The notes under the pieces: generated by a model
Seen by the model: only the letters and a program-made list of their open reading frames with translations
Databases searched by the model: none
What the model was told of the DNA's origin: nothing
In this document: one piece after another, positions 43,217 through 52,129 of the stretch
How the letters are laid out: every line of letters starts with the position of its first letter
How positions within the stretch are numbered: position 1 is the stretch's first letter
Origin: a bacterium
GTDB lineage: Bacteria > Zhuqueibacterota > Zhuqueibacteria > Residuimicrobiales > Krinioviventaceae
Assembly (NCBI GenBank): GCA_963674595.2
Contig: CAXXFV010000027.1
Coordinates: forward strand, 64,001-128,000
DNA length: 64,000 bases
Reading direction: 5' to 3'
Position numbers and translations under genes: made by a program

Positions 43217-44079
43217 AGCTCTTCCTTTTTGTTCAGAATTTTAAGGTAAACAAAAGAAAGCGAAATCAACACTGTGAACGTTATAATAGAAAGTGCAGAT
43301 CCTTTTCCAAGATCAAAATGAACAAAAGAATATTCACGAACAAGCACAGGCAGTACCATGGAGGCATGAATAGGGCCTCCCCGTGTCATAACAAATACCA
43401 TATTAAAATCGTTAAAACTCCAGATCATTCCCAATAACAACAACACACTGGTAACTGAACTAAGATTAGGCATGGTGATATGAATAAATTTGCCTACGAT
43501 AGAAGCCCCGTCTACATTCGCCGCTTCATACTGTTCACGGGGAATGGATTGAAGTCCGGCATAGAACATAACCATAGCAAAAGGAAAAAACTGCCAGACT
43601 CTTGCAATGATGACACATATTAAAGCTGTTCCGGCGCTGCCCAGCCAGGTAATACCTTCTTTAAGGATTCCCGAACGGGTTAGCCAGTAATTAACCAGAC
43701 CGAAATTGTCGTTTAATATCCATTTCCAGGCAAATCCGGCAACAACCGGTGATACGACCCAGGGAATGGTATACAAAAATTTATAAAAATTATTGACTTT
43801 AAGCTTTGTGTTTAATAACAGGGCTATTCCCAATCCCAAAGATAACGAGACCAACGTCCCTAAAACCGAGTATAATACGGTATTTTTAAGTGAAAGCCAG
43901 AAAACATCATCGTGCAAAACATGAAAATAGTTTTTTAATCCGATCCAGCCATTGGTCCCATCAATGAGGCTGACATGCATAAAACTGTTGATTAAATTTT
44001 GAAAAAGAGGATATACCAACACAAATATAGTAAAAATTAATGCAGGTGCTAATAACAGATAAGGCAAATATTTTTTCAT
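43213..44079 (-). CDS. Carbohydrate ABC transporter permease
   Basis: YEAANVDGA, MTRGGP; ATGA coupling with both neighbours. Confidence 0.92.
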   Translation of the reverse strand: MKKYLPYLLLAPALIFTIFVLVYPLFQNLINSFMHVSLIDGTNGWIGLKNYFHVLHDDVFWLSLKNTVLYSVLGTLVSLSLGLGIALLLNTKLKVNNFYKFLYTIPWVVSPVVAGFAWKWILNDNFGLVNYWLTRSGILKEGITWLGSAGTALICVIIARVWQFFPFAMVMFYAGLQSIPREQYEAANVDGASIVGKFIHITMPNLSSVTSVLLLLGMIWSFNDFNMVFVMTRGGPIHASMVLPVLVREYSFVHFDLGKGSALSIITFTVLISLSFVYLKILNKKEEL

Positions 44080-45368
44080 TTATTGCCCTCAATAATATCC
44101 TGTGCCTCTTTTGCAGCCAATTCCAAAGCTTTTTCAACTGTCAATTCACCAATGATGGCTTTTTGACCATAAGGCGCAATAACATTTCTAACAATAGTGA
44201 TCATTTTAGGATGTGCCGGCCAGGGTTTTGCGTATTGCAATTCATGAACAAATACATCAAAATGCGGGAAAGGTTTTTTCTCCGGACTGTTTATGGCTTT
44301 TAATGTTGTGGGAAATGCGCCCATATCTTGCCGGATCCATTCCATGTCGGCTTCTTCATTTCTTAAATATTTTGTCAGTTGCCATGCCTCATTCAGATGT
44401 TTTGAATGGGCACTTATGGCTATCATAACCATGTCCTGTAATGTAGGCGCTGTATCGTACTGGTCTATTTTATCATCAGGAACCGGGACCGGTACGGACA
44501 TAAATCCCATACCGGGATTTTTCTCTTGTATAACAAAATTCATCCAGGGGCCTTCTATAGCCATCGCTACCTTTTTACCGCAAAAGAGATCATTTATTTC
44601 TGTGTGAGAATAAGCTAAAAATCCCGGTGTTATGGACTTGTCTTTTTGATACATATCCGTAAGAAGCTGAAGCGCGCCGGCACTTATTTCATTGTTAAAT
44701 GTTACTTTGGTCAAATCATCGGACAGAAAGGTCCCCCCTGCTTTTAATATAAAAGGAGCAAGACGGTAGGAAAAACCTCCGCGATCACCTCCCAGTAAAG
44801 TCATACCCCATTGATCAATAGCGCCGTCTCCATCTAAATCTTTAGTCAGCTTTTTTGCCGTAGCGCGAAACTCCGACCATGTTTTAGGAGGTGTCAGACC
44901 TTCTTTATTAAATAACTCTTGATTGCAGACAAGAACAAAAGCCATTCCCGTGCCGGGTAATCCATAATAGTTATCTTTATATCGGCAAGCTTCAAAAAGA
45001 TTCGGTTGGTACCAGGTCCTTACGGAATCAAAATCAGGAAAATTATTGACAGGATATAAATGCCCGGATTCACCAAATTCAGCAGCATAGTTGGCATGGA
45101 TGCGCATAACATCCGGTCCTGTACCTGTGCTAAAGTTGGTATATAAAAGTTCACGAATCATATTCCAACTTTTTTGCCCCTGTATGACTTGAACAACAGG
45201 ATGTTTTTGGTTAAAAGAAGCAACTCTTTCTTTTGTCCATTTCATCATTGTGGGTGAACCGCCAAAGGCCCAAAACTGAATTTTGATAATATTGCTGTCG
45301 GTACCACATGTTAGAAAAAACGCGATTGTTATCACTAAAATTGAACAAATGACCAGCAAACGTTTCAT
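44076..45368 (-). CDS. Sugar ABC transporter substrate-binding lipoprotein
   Basis: Lipobox FLTC, GPDV, YYGLP, PPKTWSEF, AMAIEGPW. Confidence 0.9.
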   Translation of the reverse strand: MKRLLVICSILVITIAFFLTCGTDSNIIKIQFWAFGGSPTMMKWTKERVASFNQKHPVVQVIQGQKSWNMIRELLYTNFSTGTGPDVMRIHANYAAEFGESGHLYPVNNFPDFDSVRTWYQPNLFEACRYKDNYYGLPGTGMAFVLVCNQELFNKEGLTPPKTWSEFRATAKKLTKDLDGDGAIDQWGMTLLGGDRGGFSYRLAPFILKAGGTFLSDDLTKVTFNNEISAGALQLLTDMYQKDKSITPGFLAYSHTEINDLFCGKKVAMAIEGPWMNFVIQEKNPGMGFMSVPVPVPDDKIDQYDTAPTLQDMVMIAISAHSKHLNEAWQLTKYLRNEEADMEWIRQDMGAFPTTLKAINSPEKKPFPHFDVFVHELQYAKPWPAHPKMITIVRNVIAPYGQKAIIGELTVEKALELAAKEAQDIIEGNK

Positions 45369-45523
45369 TGATCCCTCCGAAGCAGTTATATTTACATTTC
45401 AGCTATTCTCCAAATACCCTTTTATTTTAGAACGACAAATAACTTTTTAAATGGCTCGTTAAATTTGAGCTTCTAACCTATTCTTTTGATACCAGTATTT
45501 ATTAACAAAATATTATTTTCCAA

Positions 45524-46627
45524 TTAATCACGATTGGTTAATTCACACGCTGTCTTGATAAATGTAATAAAATTTTCAGGCGGTGTACCGGGTAGGACAG
45601 CATCAGCAGTAGAAATAATATGCTTCCATCCGGCAACATCATTTATCATTTTTTTTGTCGCAGAACGAATTTTATCGGGTGTGCCGCCTCGCAGCAGGTC
45701 TAAATTTAAATTACCTTTAGTGCAAATTTGTGAATCAATAAACTGCCTCGATTCTGCCAAATTATTATCACCTTCCGGAGGGGGAGCAATTGTTTCAATT
45801 ACATCGGCTCCCATTAAATTAAAAGTGCCATCTTTAATCAATTTTTTTGTAAAGCCACAATTATGATACCAAAACAAGCTATTGTGTTCATGAGTATATT
45901 TTGAAAATTCAGTAATATAAGGTAAATCCATTTCATAAAAAAGCTGGGGCGAAGTCATTTCCAGGCCGTAACTGGAGTCACTCATAAAGTCAATACCTTG
46001 CTCCATTGCAATCGACATGACATATTTTGATGCATGAAAAAAGGCATCCATACTTTTTTTAAACGTTTGCGGGAAATCATGCCATTGCAAATAAATTGCT
46101 TGTGGATTGATCTGATAGCCTAACCATGAAGGATGAGGGTGCCCGGCGACAATAACGCCGTCTTCACCGACTCTTTCCCGAAAATTTTGAAAATACCGGC
46201 GGATATCTGTTTCTCTTTCATGAACATGCTCGCAAATGAAAACAAATTTTTCATGATCTTTTTCTGAATGGACCGGGCAATCTGCTGTATCGCTCCAGGG
46301 TATTTCATCTTTAGGAAATTTATGCTGCCACTCGCCATGAGAGGTTTCAATTGTACAAAATTTGTAAAAACTGTCTGATTTTTTTTTATCTTCTTTCCAG
46401 GGAAAAACAAGAGATGAAAATTCCGTCATAAACATTGGCGCGTAATCCAATGCTTTGGCTAGCTTTATTTCATTTTTAATAAAATCATCTCCAGTCTCTA
46501 ATCCCAAAAAATAAAGTGTATTTTTTATAACATCAGGATCAGGTAAAAAAGGGGAAACGATGTGTTGAGATGTTTCTCCCCGAACGTATGATAAAAATTG
46601 TTCTCTTTTTGATCTAGTATTTTTCAT
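45524..46627 (-). CDS. Uroporphyrinogen decarboxylase / MtaA-CmuA superfamily protein
   Basis: SPQLFYEMDLPY, YHNCG, KGNL, GTP, PGTPPENF. Confidence 0.8.
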   Translation of the reverse strand: MKNTRSKREQFLSYVRGETSQHIVSPFLPDPDVIKNTLYFLGLETGDDFIKNEIKLAKALDYAPMFMTEFSSLVFPWKEDKKKSDSFYKFCTIETSHGEWQHKFPKDEIPWSDTADCPVHSEKDHEKFVFICEHVHERETDIRRYFQNFRERVGEDGVIVAGHPHPSWLGYQINPQAIYLQWHDFPQTFKKSMDAFFHASKYVMSIAMEQGIDFMSDSSYGLEMTSPQLFYEMDLPYITEFSKYTHEHNSLFWYHNCGFTKKLIKDGTFNLMGADVIETIAPPPEGDNNLAESRQFIDSQICTKGNLNLDLLRGGTPDKIRSATKKMINDVAGWKHIISTADAVLPGTPPENFITFIKTACELTNRD

Positions 46628-46671
46628 TGTTAACCTATAAAAAATTATACCTGGTTCCAGTATTAAGCGTG

Positions 46672-48903
46672 TTAATTTTCATCAATTATTCGGTTAACAA
46701 CCATTTGCCGCATTTCTTCTGATAGACTGGCAAAATAGGCGCTAAACCCGGTAACCCGAACCACCAAATCCGGAAATTTGGAAGGATCTTTATGTGCCTC
46801 TAAAATTTTCTTTTTATCCACAATATTAAAATTAATTTGTGTTCCGCCCATTTTAAAATGGGTTTGGATCAAACTGGCAACCTGATCAATATTATAGCTG
46901 TTTGTGCCAAATCCCGGATCAAGTTCCATTTGCATCGGTGCGGTATTGCCAAATCCCGGTTGAACCGCTGCAACAATATTTGACAACGCTGTGGGTGCTG
47001 AATCTTTACGGAATCCGGGATCAGGATTCGGGCCATGCGAAATAGGACTTTTATCAAATCTTCCGTTCGGTGTAGCGCCAACATCAAGGCCCATTAACGT
47101 ATGTGCGGCCCAGGAAAAAATGCCGGGAACCATCTTAAATCCATGTGGCGTCTTTTTTTCAGTGGTATATTTAGTAAAAATTTTTGAAACACGTTTACCA
47201 TACTCGTCTGCACGTGAGTTTCCGCTTCCATAACGCGGAATGCTTTTCATCATTAAACGTACCTTTTCACCTTCTGGTGTCTGCCAGTCGGCATCCATTA
47301 TATTTTTAATTTCTTTCCAACTTGCTCTTTTTTCTTTTTCTATCCGTTGTTCCAATGCGGCAAATGAATCTGCAACCGTTGCCAGACCGGCAGCATCTAC
47401 ACAAAGGTTAACGTATTTAACACCGCCGTGAGATGCATCCCGTCCTCTTTCAATTACATCATGACATAATAAATCCAAATGTAATTCAGGGAAAACATTG
47501 AACATGTGGTCAATATGATAATCAAGACTTTGGGCTGTTACATCAACAGCTCTATTTAAATGAAATTCAAAACGGTCCCATAATAAACTTGTACAGGGTT
47601 CAACCGATTCGTTTTCCATCATATCTTTCCATGCAACTTGAAAGACAGCGGCAAGATTGATTTTTACACAATCATTAACCGTATATTCTACACCTGGTAA
47701 GGCACTCCAGTGACATCCTGAATAAGCACGTTGTCGCGCCAATTCAACAGGATACCCATTTTTTGTAAATCCTTCAACAGTTTGATTTACACCTAAAAAT
47801 TTTGGAATACCGGTTTTGTCTTTAAACATGATTTCAAGCCCGCGATGCAAAAGCCTGGGATCACAATTATCACCGACACATACCCCGATATTTGCAGGGA
47901 TTTTTAAACGATGTGCTGCTTCCAAAACTAAAAAAGATAACTCATTTGTTGCATCATTACCATTATTATCCGGTCCGCCAAGCTGCATATAGCTTGTATC
48001 CTGAATCAAGTAGCAGGCAAGGTGAAAAATGGCTTCTTCATCAGTTAGAATCCCCGCATTTTTATCTTGTTGATAAAATGGATACAAAAATTGATCAACG
48101 CGCCCTAATGCACCACCCATATTGTACATTTTTCCGGCCATTTGGTACCAGGCCATCCATTGAGCAGCTTCACGAAATGTTGCCGGCGGATCAGAAACCA
48201 GTTTTGTATTAATTGCCGCGATTTTCAGCAAATTTTGTTTTATTTGCGGATTTTCTTCTGTCCCGGCCATTTCTAATGCGGCCCTGGCCGTTCGACCGAT
48301 CCAGCTTTGGAACCCTAATACCGTATCTTCAAGACCGTCATATAATTCCTGAGCTTCGTCATCCGTATTAACTTTACGATAATGACGGATTTTATTTAAA
48401 ATTCCACCCCATCCTAATTTAAAACCTATTGTTATATCCGGACAGAAATGTTGTACAGCACCAATTCCATGGCTCATTTTATATTTATCGTGATCCGCTT
48501 TAAGGTGTGCATAATCAAAATCCGGGTTCCAAAAGGGATCACGGTGTGATAAAAAGTTGGTCATATAACCACCGGCCAGTGAACTGATGGGATCGATATA
48601 AACCGGATGAATTTCCAAAAGTTTTCTGAAATTTTTGCCACATGATCGTGCTCCGAAAAATCCTCCGCTGGGATGGTTTGCTTCGGGTTCAAATTCCTTT
48701 AACAATACATCGGTTATAGGAACACCGGAACCACTGATAACCTCAACGATATTCCTGGATTCGGGTGGCGGCAAGATAATAGCATGATCATCAAAATCCA
48801 TGGAACCGATAACGTCCCACTTTTCTTTTGTATGCTTTAATTTTGTTTTCCGAAGCGCGTCAATGCGCTCCTGGTATGAGTATTTAACAAGATTGTCCTT
48901 CAT
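46672..48903 (-). CDS. Glycyl radical enzyme (PFL family) of unknown specificity
   Basis: Gly loop LVVRVTGFSAYF; Cys loop SGCHW; LGRVDQFLYPF, GATPNGR. Confidence 0.9.
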   Translation of the reverse strand: MKDNLVKYSYQERIDALRKTKLKHTKEKWDVIGSMDFDDHAIILPPPESRNIVEVISGSGVPITDVLLKEFEPEANHPSGGFFGARSCGKNFRKLLEIHPVYIDPISSLAGGYMTNFLSHRDPFWNPDFDYAHLKADHDKYKMSHGIGAVQHFCPDITIGFKLGWGGILNKIRHYRKVNTDDEAQELYDGLEDTVLGFQSWIGRTARAALEMAGTEENPQIKQNLLKIAAINTKLVSDPPATFREAAQWMAWYQMAGKMYNMGGALGRVDQFLYPFYQQDKNAGILTDEEAIFHLACYLIQDTSYMQLGGPDNNGNDATNELSFLVLEAAHRLKIPANIGVCVGDNCDPRLLHRGLEIMFKDKTGIPKFLGVNQTVEGFTKNGYPVELARQRAYSGCHWSALPGVEYTVNDCVKINLAAVFQVAWKDMMENESVEPCTSLLWDRFEFHLNRAVDVTAQSLDYHIDHMFNVFPELHLDLLCHDVIERGRDASHGGVKYVNLCVDAAGLATVADSFAALEQRIEKEKRASWKEIKNIMDADWQTPEGEKVRLMMKSIPRYGSGNSRADEYGKRVSKIFTKYTTEKKTPHGFKMVPGIFSWAAHTLMGLDVGATPNGRFDKSPISHGPNPDPGFRKDSAPTALSNIVAAVQPGFGNTAPMQMELDPGFGTNSYNIDQVASLIQTHFKMGGTQINFNIVDKKKILEAHKDPSKFPDLVVRVTGFSAYFASLSEEMRQMVVNRIIDEN

Positions 48904-48980
48904 CGAACCTCTCCAAATCGGCTCAATATTAATAAAACTAATGGGAATTATATATTAGAGTATTAATAATTTTTTATAAA

Positions 48981-49922
48981 TTATATTACTAAAACACCAA
49001 AATCACCGGCAATATTTTTTAATTCATCCATTTTATTATTATTCAATAACTGCAAATGTTGGGCTTTATATTCCAATCCCAGACTAGAATATTTATTTGC
49101 AGCTAATTTATGAAAAGATAATAATTCATATTGAATATCACAGCTCTTCGCCCCTGAATAACCGTTATTATTACGCAGTTCCATCAAACTTTTTATAAAG
49201 GAAGCAATTTCACTTATTTCTTCAGGTGTGTCGTTAAAGGTTGGAATAACAGGCGTTCGAAATAATATCGGCTTGTTAGTATGGGCAAGGTTGCGTGCGT
49301 TTTCGATTATTTTCTCATTCGCCTGACCTGTCGCTTGACGGTGCTTTTCAGAATTCATGTGCTTGAGGTCCATCATTACCAAATCTATAAAGGGCAATAG
49401 CCCGGCAAGTTTCTTCCAGTCATAATTCCCACAGGTTTCAATTGCCGTATGTATATTTTCCCTTTTACAGCTTTCCAGTATGGCCTTGGCAAATTCTCCG
49501 CTTAAAACCGGTTCACCTCCTGAGAGAGTTACGCCGCCTTTGGAATCTTTATAATAAGCGGAATCGCTTAAAATTTCATCCATTACCTGCCCGACGGTCC
49601 ACTCTTTGCCTGTCAATTCAAGAGCCCCGGTGTAACAGGTATCGACACAAGCGCCGCATTTTACGCATCTTTCCCTGTTATAAATATGGATGTTGTTACT
49701 CGCTATATGGGCAGCATTAGAACAAGCTTTTACGCACTCCAGGCATCCGATACACCGATCTGCAATGTATTTGATTTGTGAATGGGTTGGTCTTCCCTCA
49801 GGATTATGGCACCAATAACAACTCATGGTACATCCTTGCAAAAATACAGTCGTTCTGATGCCAGGGCCGTCATGAATGGAAAAGCGTTGTATATTAAAAA
49901 GGATTCCCGTTTGTCTCAACAA
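48981..49922 (-). CDS. Glycyl-radical activating enzyme (radical SAM with ferredoxin insert)
   Basis: HDGPGIRTTVF, CTMSCYWC, two CxxCxxCxxxC motifs, SGGEP; start codon uncertain. Confidence 0.94.
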   Translation of the reverse strand: MLRQTGILFNIQRFSIHDGPGIRTTVFLQGCTMSCYWCHNPEGRPTHSQIKYIADRCIGCLECVKACSNAAHIASNNIHIYNRERCVKCGACVDTCYTGALELTGKEWTVGQVMDEILSDSAYYKDSKGGVTLSGGEPVLSGEFAKAILESCKRENIHTAIETCGNYDWKKLAGLLPFIDLVMMDLKHMNSEKHRQATGQANEKIIENARNLAHTNKPILFRTPVIPTFNDTPEEISEIASFIKSLMELRNNNGYSGAKSCDIQYELLSFHKLAANKYSSLGLEYKAQHLQLLNNNKMDELKNIAGDFGVLVI

Positions 49923-50208
49923 ATTACTTTCATATTGACGAATTTGACAAGGTTTAATCAGGATTATTTTGAATTTTTTATCTTTTACAAATATCTAAAA
50001 ATACAGCGAGAAATAATCCTAACTGGTAATGACGGTTAATTTTCAGAATTTAATTTAAAGAAAAACGAAAATCAACATAAAAATATAATATATCTCTTTT
50101 TTTAGCAGGTTAACAGCCAATGTAAATTTTGTAATTATTTTAAATTTATTGCTTTAAAAAAAGACAAATACATTTTTGTAATTATTTTTCAATATTCCCA
50201 AAAACATC

Positions 50209-50237
50209 TTGCGCCATTATTAAATAATTTGTATAAT
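50209..50237 (+). promoter_or_regulatory. Sigma70-type promoter with no adjacent confident CDS
   Basis: TTGCGC-N17-TATAAT. Confidence 0.5.
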
Positions 50238-50771
50238 TATTTTGTCAGTTTTAGTCTGTTTTTCAAAATGATTGGGATTCTACATTTTTATATAAAAGAC
50301 TTGCTGATTTTCCATTTTTAACACGGGATGTTACGGTACTCATGAGGAAGAGATTGCGTCGGATTAAAAATCATATTCCTGCTAACACACTGTCTTACCT
50401 GTTGGGATTGACCAGGTCTGTCTGGTTCTTATTGATTAACACAATTCCTGAATTTTCGTTCACTAATTTAAACTCTCCGTTAATATTTAACAGATTACGC
50501 CTTTTATTTATTATGACATTGTATTGGAGTGTCTATTTAAAACAATGCTGTCACAATGCCTGTGTTACTTTTAAACTTTGATATTTAAAATCAGGCTGTT
50601 GGTATTTTAATTATATATATAATTCTAAATACTGAAAAAGTTTAAGCTGATCGCGATAAATTGGTTACATCAACTTGACAATTACCACATTTCAGTTACC
50701 CGGCTTGATTACAGGTTGCATAGCCCGGGAATAAGGAATGATAGGTACAACGGCAGAAAGAAGGTTCTTCC

Positions 50772-51233
50772 ATGAATAAATACAAGCTCTCAATAACCGG
50801 TCTTTTAGTTTCAGTCATTGTGTACCTCGTTACTCGTTTTACCAAGTATGATTTGTTTGAAAACTTTATTAAAGCTCTTCAGAATTTTGAAAGGCACGAA
50901 ATAGATGAATTTATAATTCCTGTTGTGATCTTTATGATATTTTTGCTAATTGAATTATTTAGGAAAAACCAACATTTATCTGTTGAAAATGAAAAAATTA
51001 AAATATACAAGGCTATGCTGCGTTCAATTCATTATATACTTAATAATTTTCTCAACCAAATGGAGTTGTTTTTAATTACGGCACAGGATATTGAAGAGTT
51101 TCCTGATGATATATTAGCTCTATATGAAGACATTTCAAAAGATGCGAATGCGCAAATTGAAGCATTAAGCAATATCTCTTCAATTAATCCCTCATCTATT
51201 GAAATGTCAATCTTGCCAAAATCAAATGGATAA
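50772..51233 (+). CDS. Hypothetical membrane protein (2 TM plus a HisKA-like helical tail)
   Basis: Two hydrophobic segments, then HYILNNFLN. Confidence 0.7.
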   Translation: MNKYKLSITGLLVSVIVYLVTRFTKYDLFENFIKALQNFERHEIDEFIIPVVIFMIFLLIELFRKNQHLSVENEKIKIYKAMLRSIHYILNNFLNQMELFLITAQDIEEFPDDILALYEDISKDANAQIEALSNISSINPSSIEMSILPKSNG

Positions 51234-51361
51234 TTTATAATAAATAAATGAGGTTGTTAAATAGAGAATTAAGTATAGCAAGTAATAAAACTGGAAATTA
51301 ATTTTTAATATTTTGTAAGATGTAAACTCTCCGTTCATCATCCGATTTGGAGGTGTTCAAA

Positions 51362-51919
51362 ATGGAATTACGTCAAATCGCATATACGGCGCGTCAGCGT
51401 GTCGAAACGACATTCGATGGAATTAAAAGGTTCTCAAAGCTGGAAAGAGTACTCGCACTTGTCTGCATTCTAATTCCTGCATTGCTGATCATATTTGATA
51501 ACGGTCCTGTTCGCCCCAGTATCAGTGCCTATTATGATATGGAAAAGAACCAGGTTTATTACTTTTCTTTAACTGTCGCATCCATGCTATTCATTGTAAA
51601 TGGTATTGTAAAAAGAAAAAAAATATATAATACCATACTGGGTATAATGCTTGCCGGATTAATATTATTTAATCATGAGGATGCATGTGTTTTACATTTT
51701 ATTTTTGCAGCAATATTTTTCAGCGGTAATGCGCTGGTTATGGTTATTTACACACCAAGGAAGGAATTATGGTTTAAAATTCTTTTGGTACTTTGTATTG
51801 TGATTTCAATGCTTGTATTTTTTATTTTCAAGTGGGGCACATTATTTTTTGCGGAATGGCTGTCATTTACAATTATCGCTGTGCATTATGTTCTGGAGTC
51901 ATTAGGTTTAATACATTAA
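51362..51919 (+). CDS. Hypothetical multi-pass membrane protein
   Basis: GGAGG RBS; RPSISAYY; about 6 TM segments. Confidence 0.75.
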   Translation: MELRQIAYTARQRVETTFDGIKRFSKLERVLALVCILIPALLIIFDNGPVRPSISAYYDMEKNQVYYFSLTVASMLFIVNGIVKRKKIYNTILGIMLAGLILFNHEDACVLHFIFAAIFFSGNALVMVIYTPRKELWFKILLVLCIVISMLVFFIFKWGTLFFAEWLSFTIIAVHYVLESLGLIH

Positions 51920-52129
51920 GAGGCGTACATTATTTTTGGGGAATAAATTGCATTCTTTTCTATGATTTATTACATTCCATGTAACAATTTCAATTAGAGA
52001 TTATAAATATTGATCCCGAAAAAGGGTCAAAAAATTGAACATCCGGGAAAACGATGTTATCCTGTTAAATCTCGTAAAATTTTAATAATTAAATATAATT
52101 ATATACCATTTTCCAGGAGCCACCTCTTT

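Noticed and set aside
46672-48903. Pyruvate formate-lyase or choline TMA-lyase
   Set aside because: It lacks the CC pair of PFL and the GCVE loop of CutC, and no microcompartment genes are nearby.
50629-50775. Open frame ending in an ATGA overlap with the CDS at 50772
   Set aside because: No credible start codon or RBS after the upstream stop, and no recognisable protein features.
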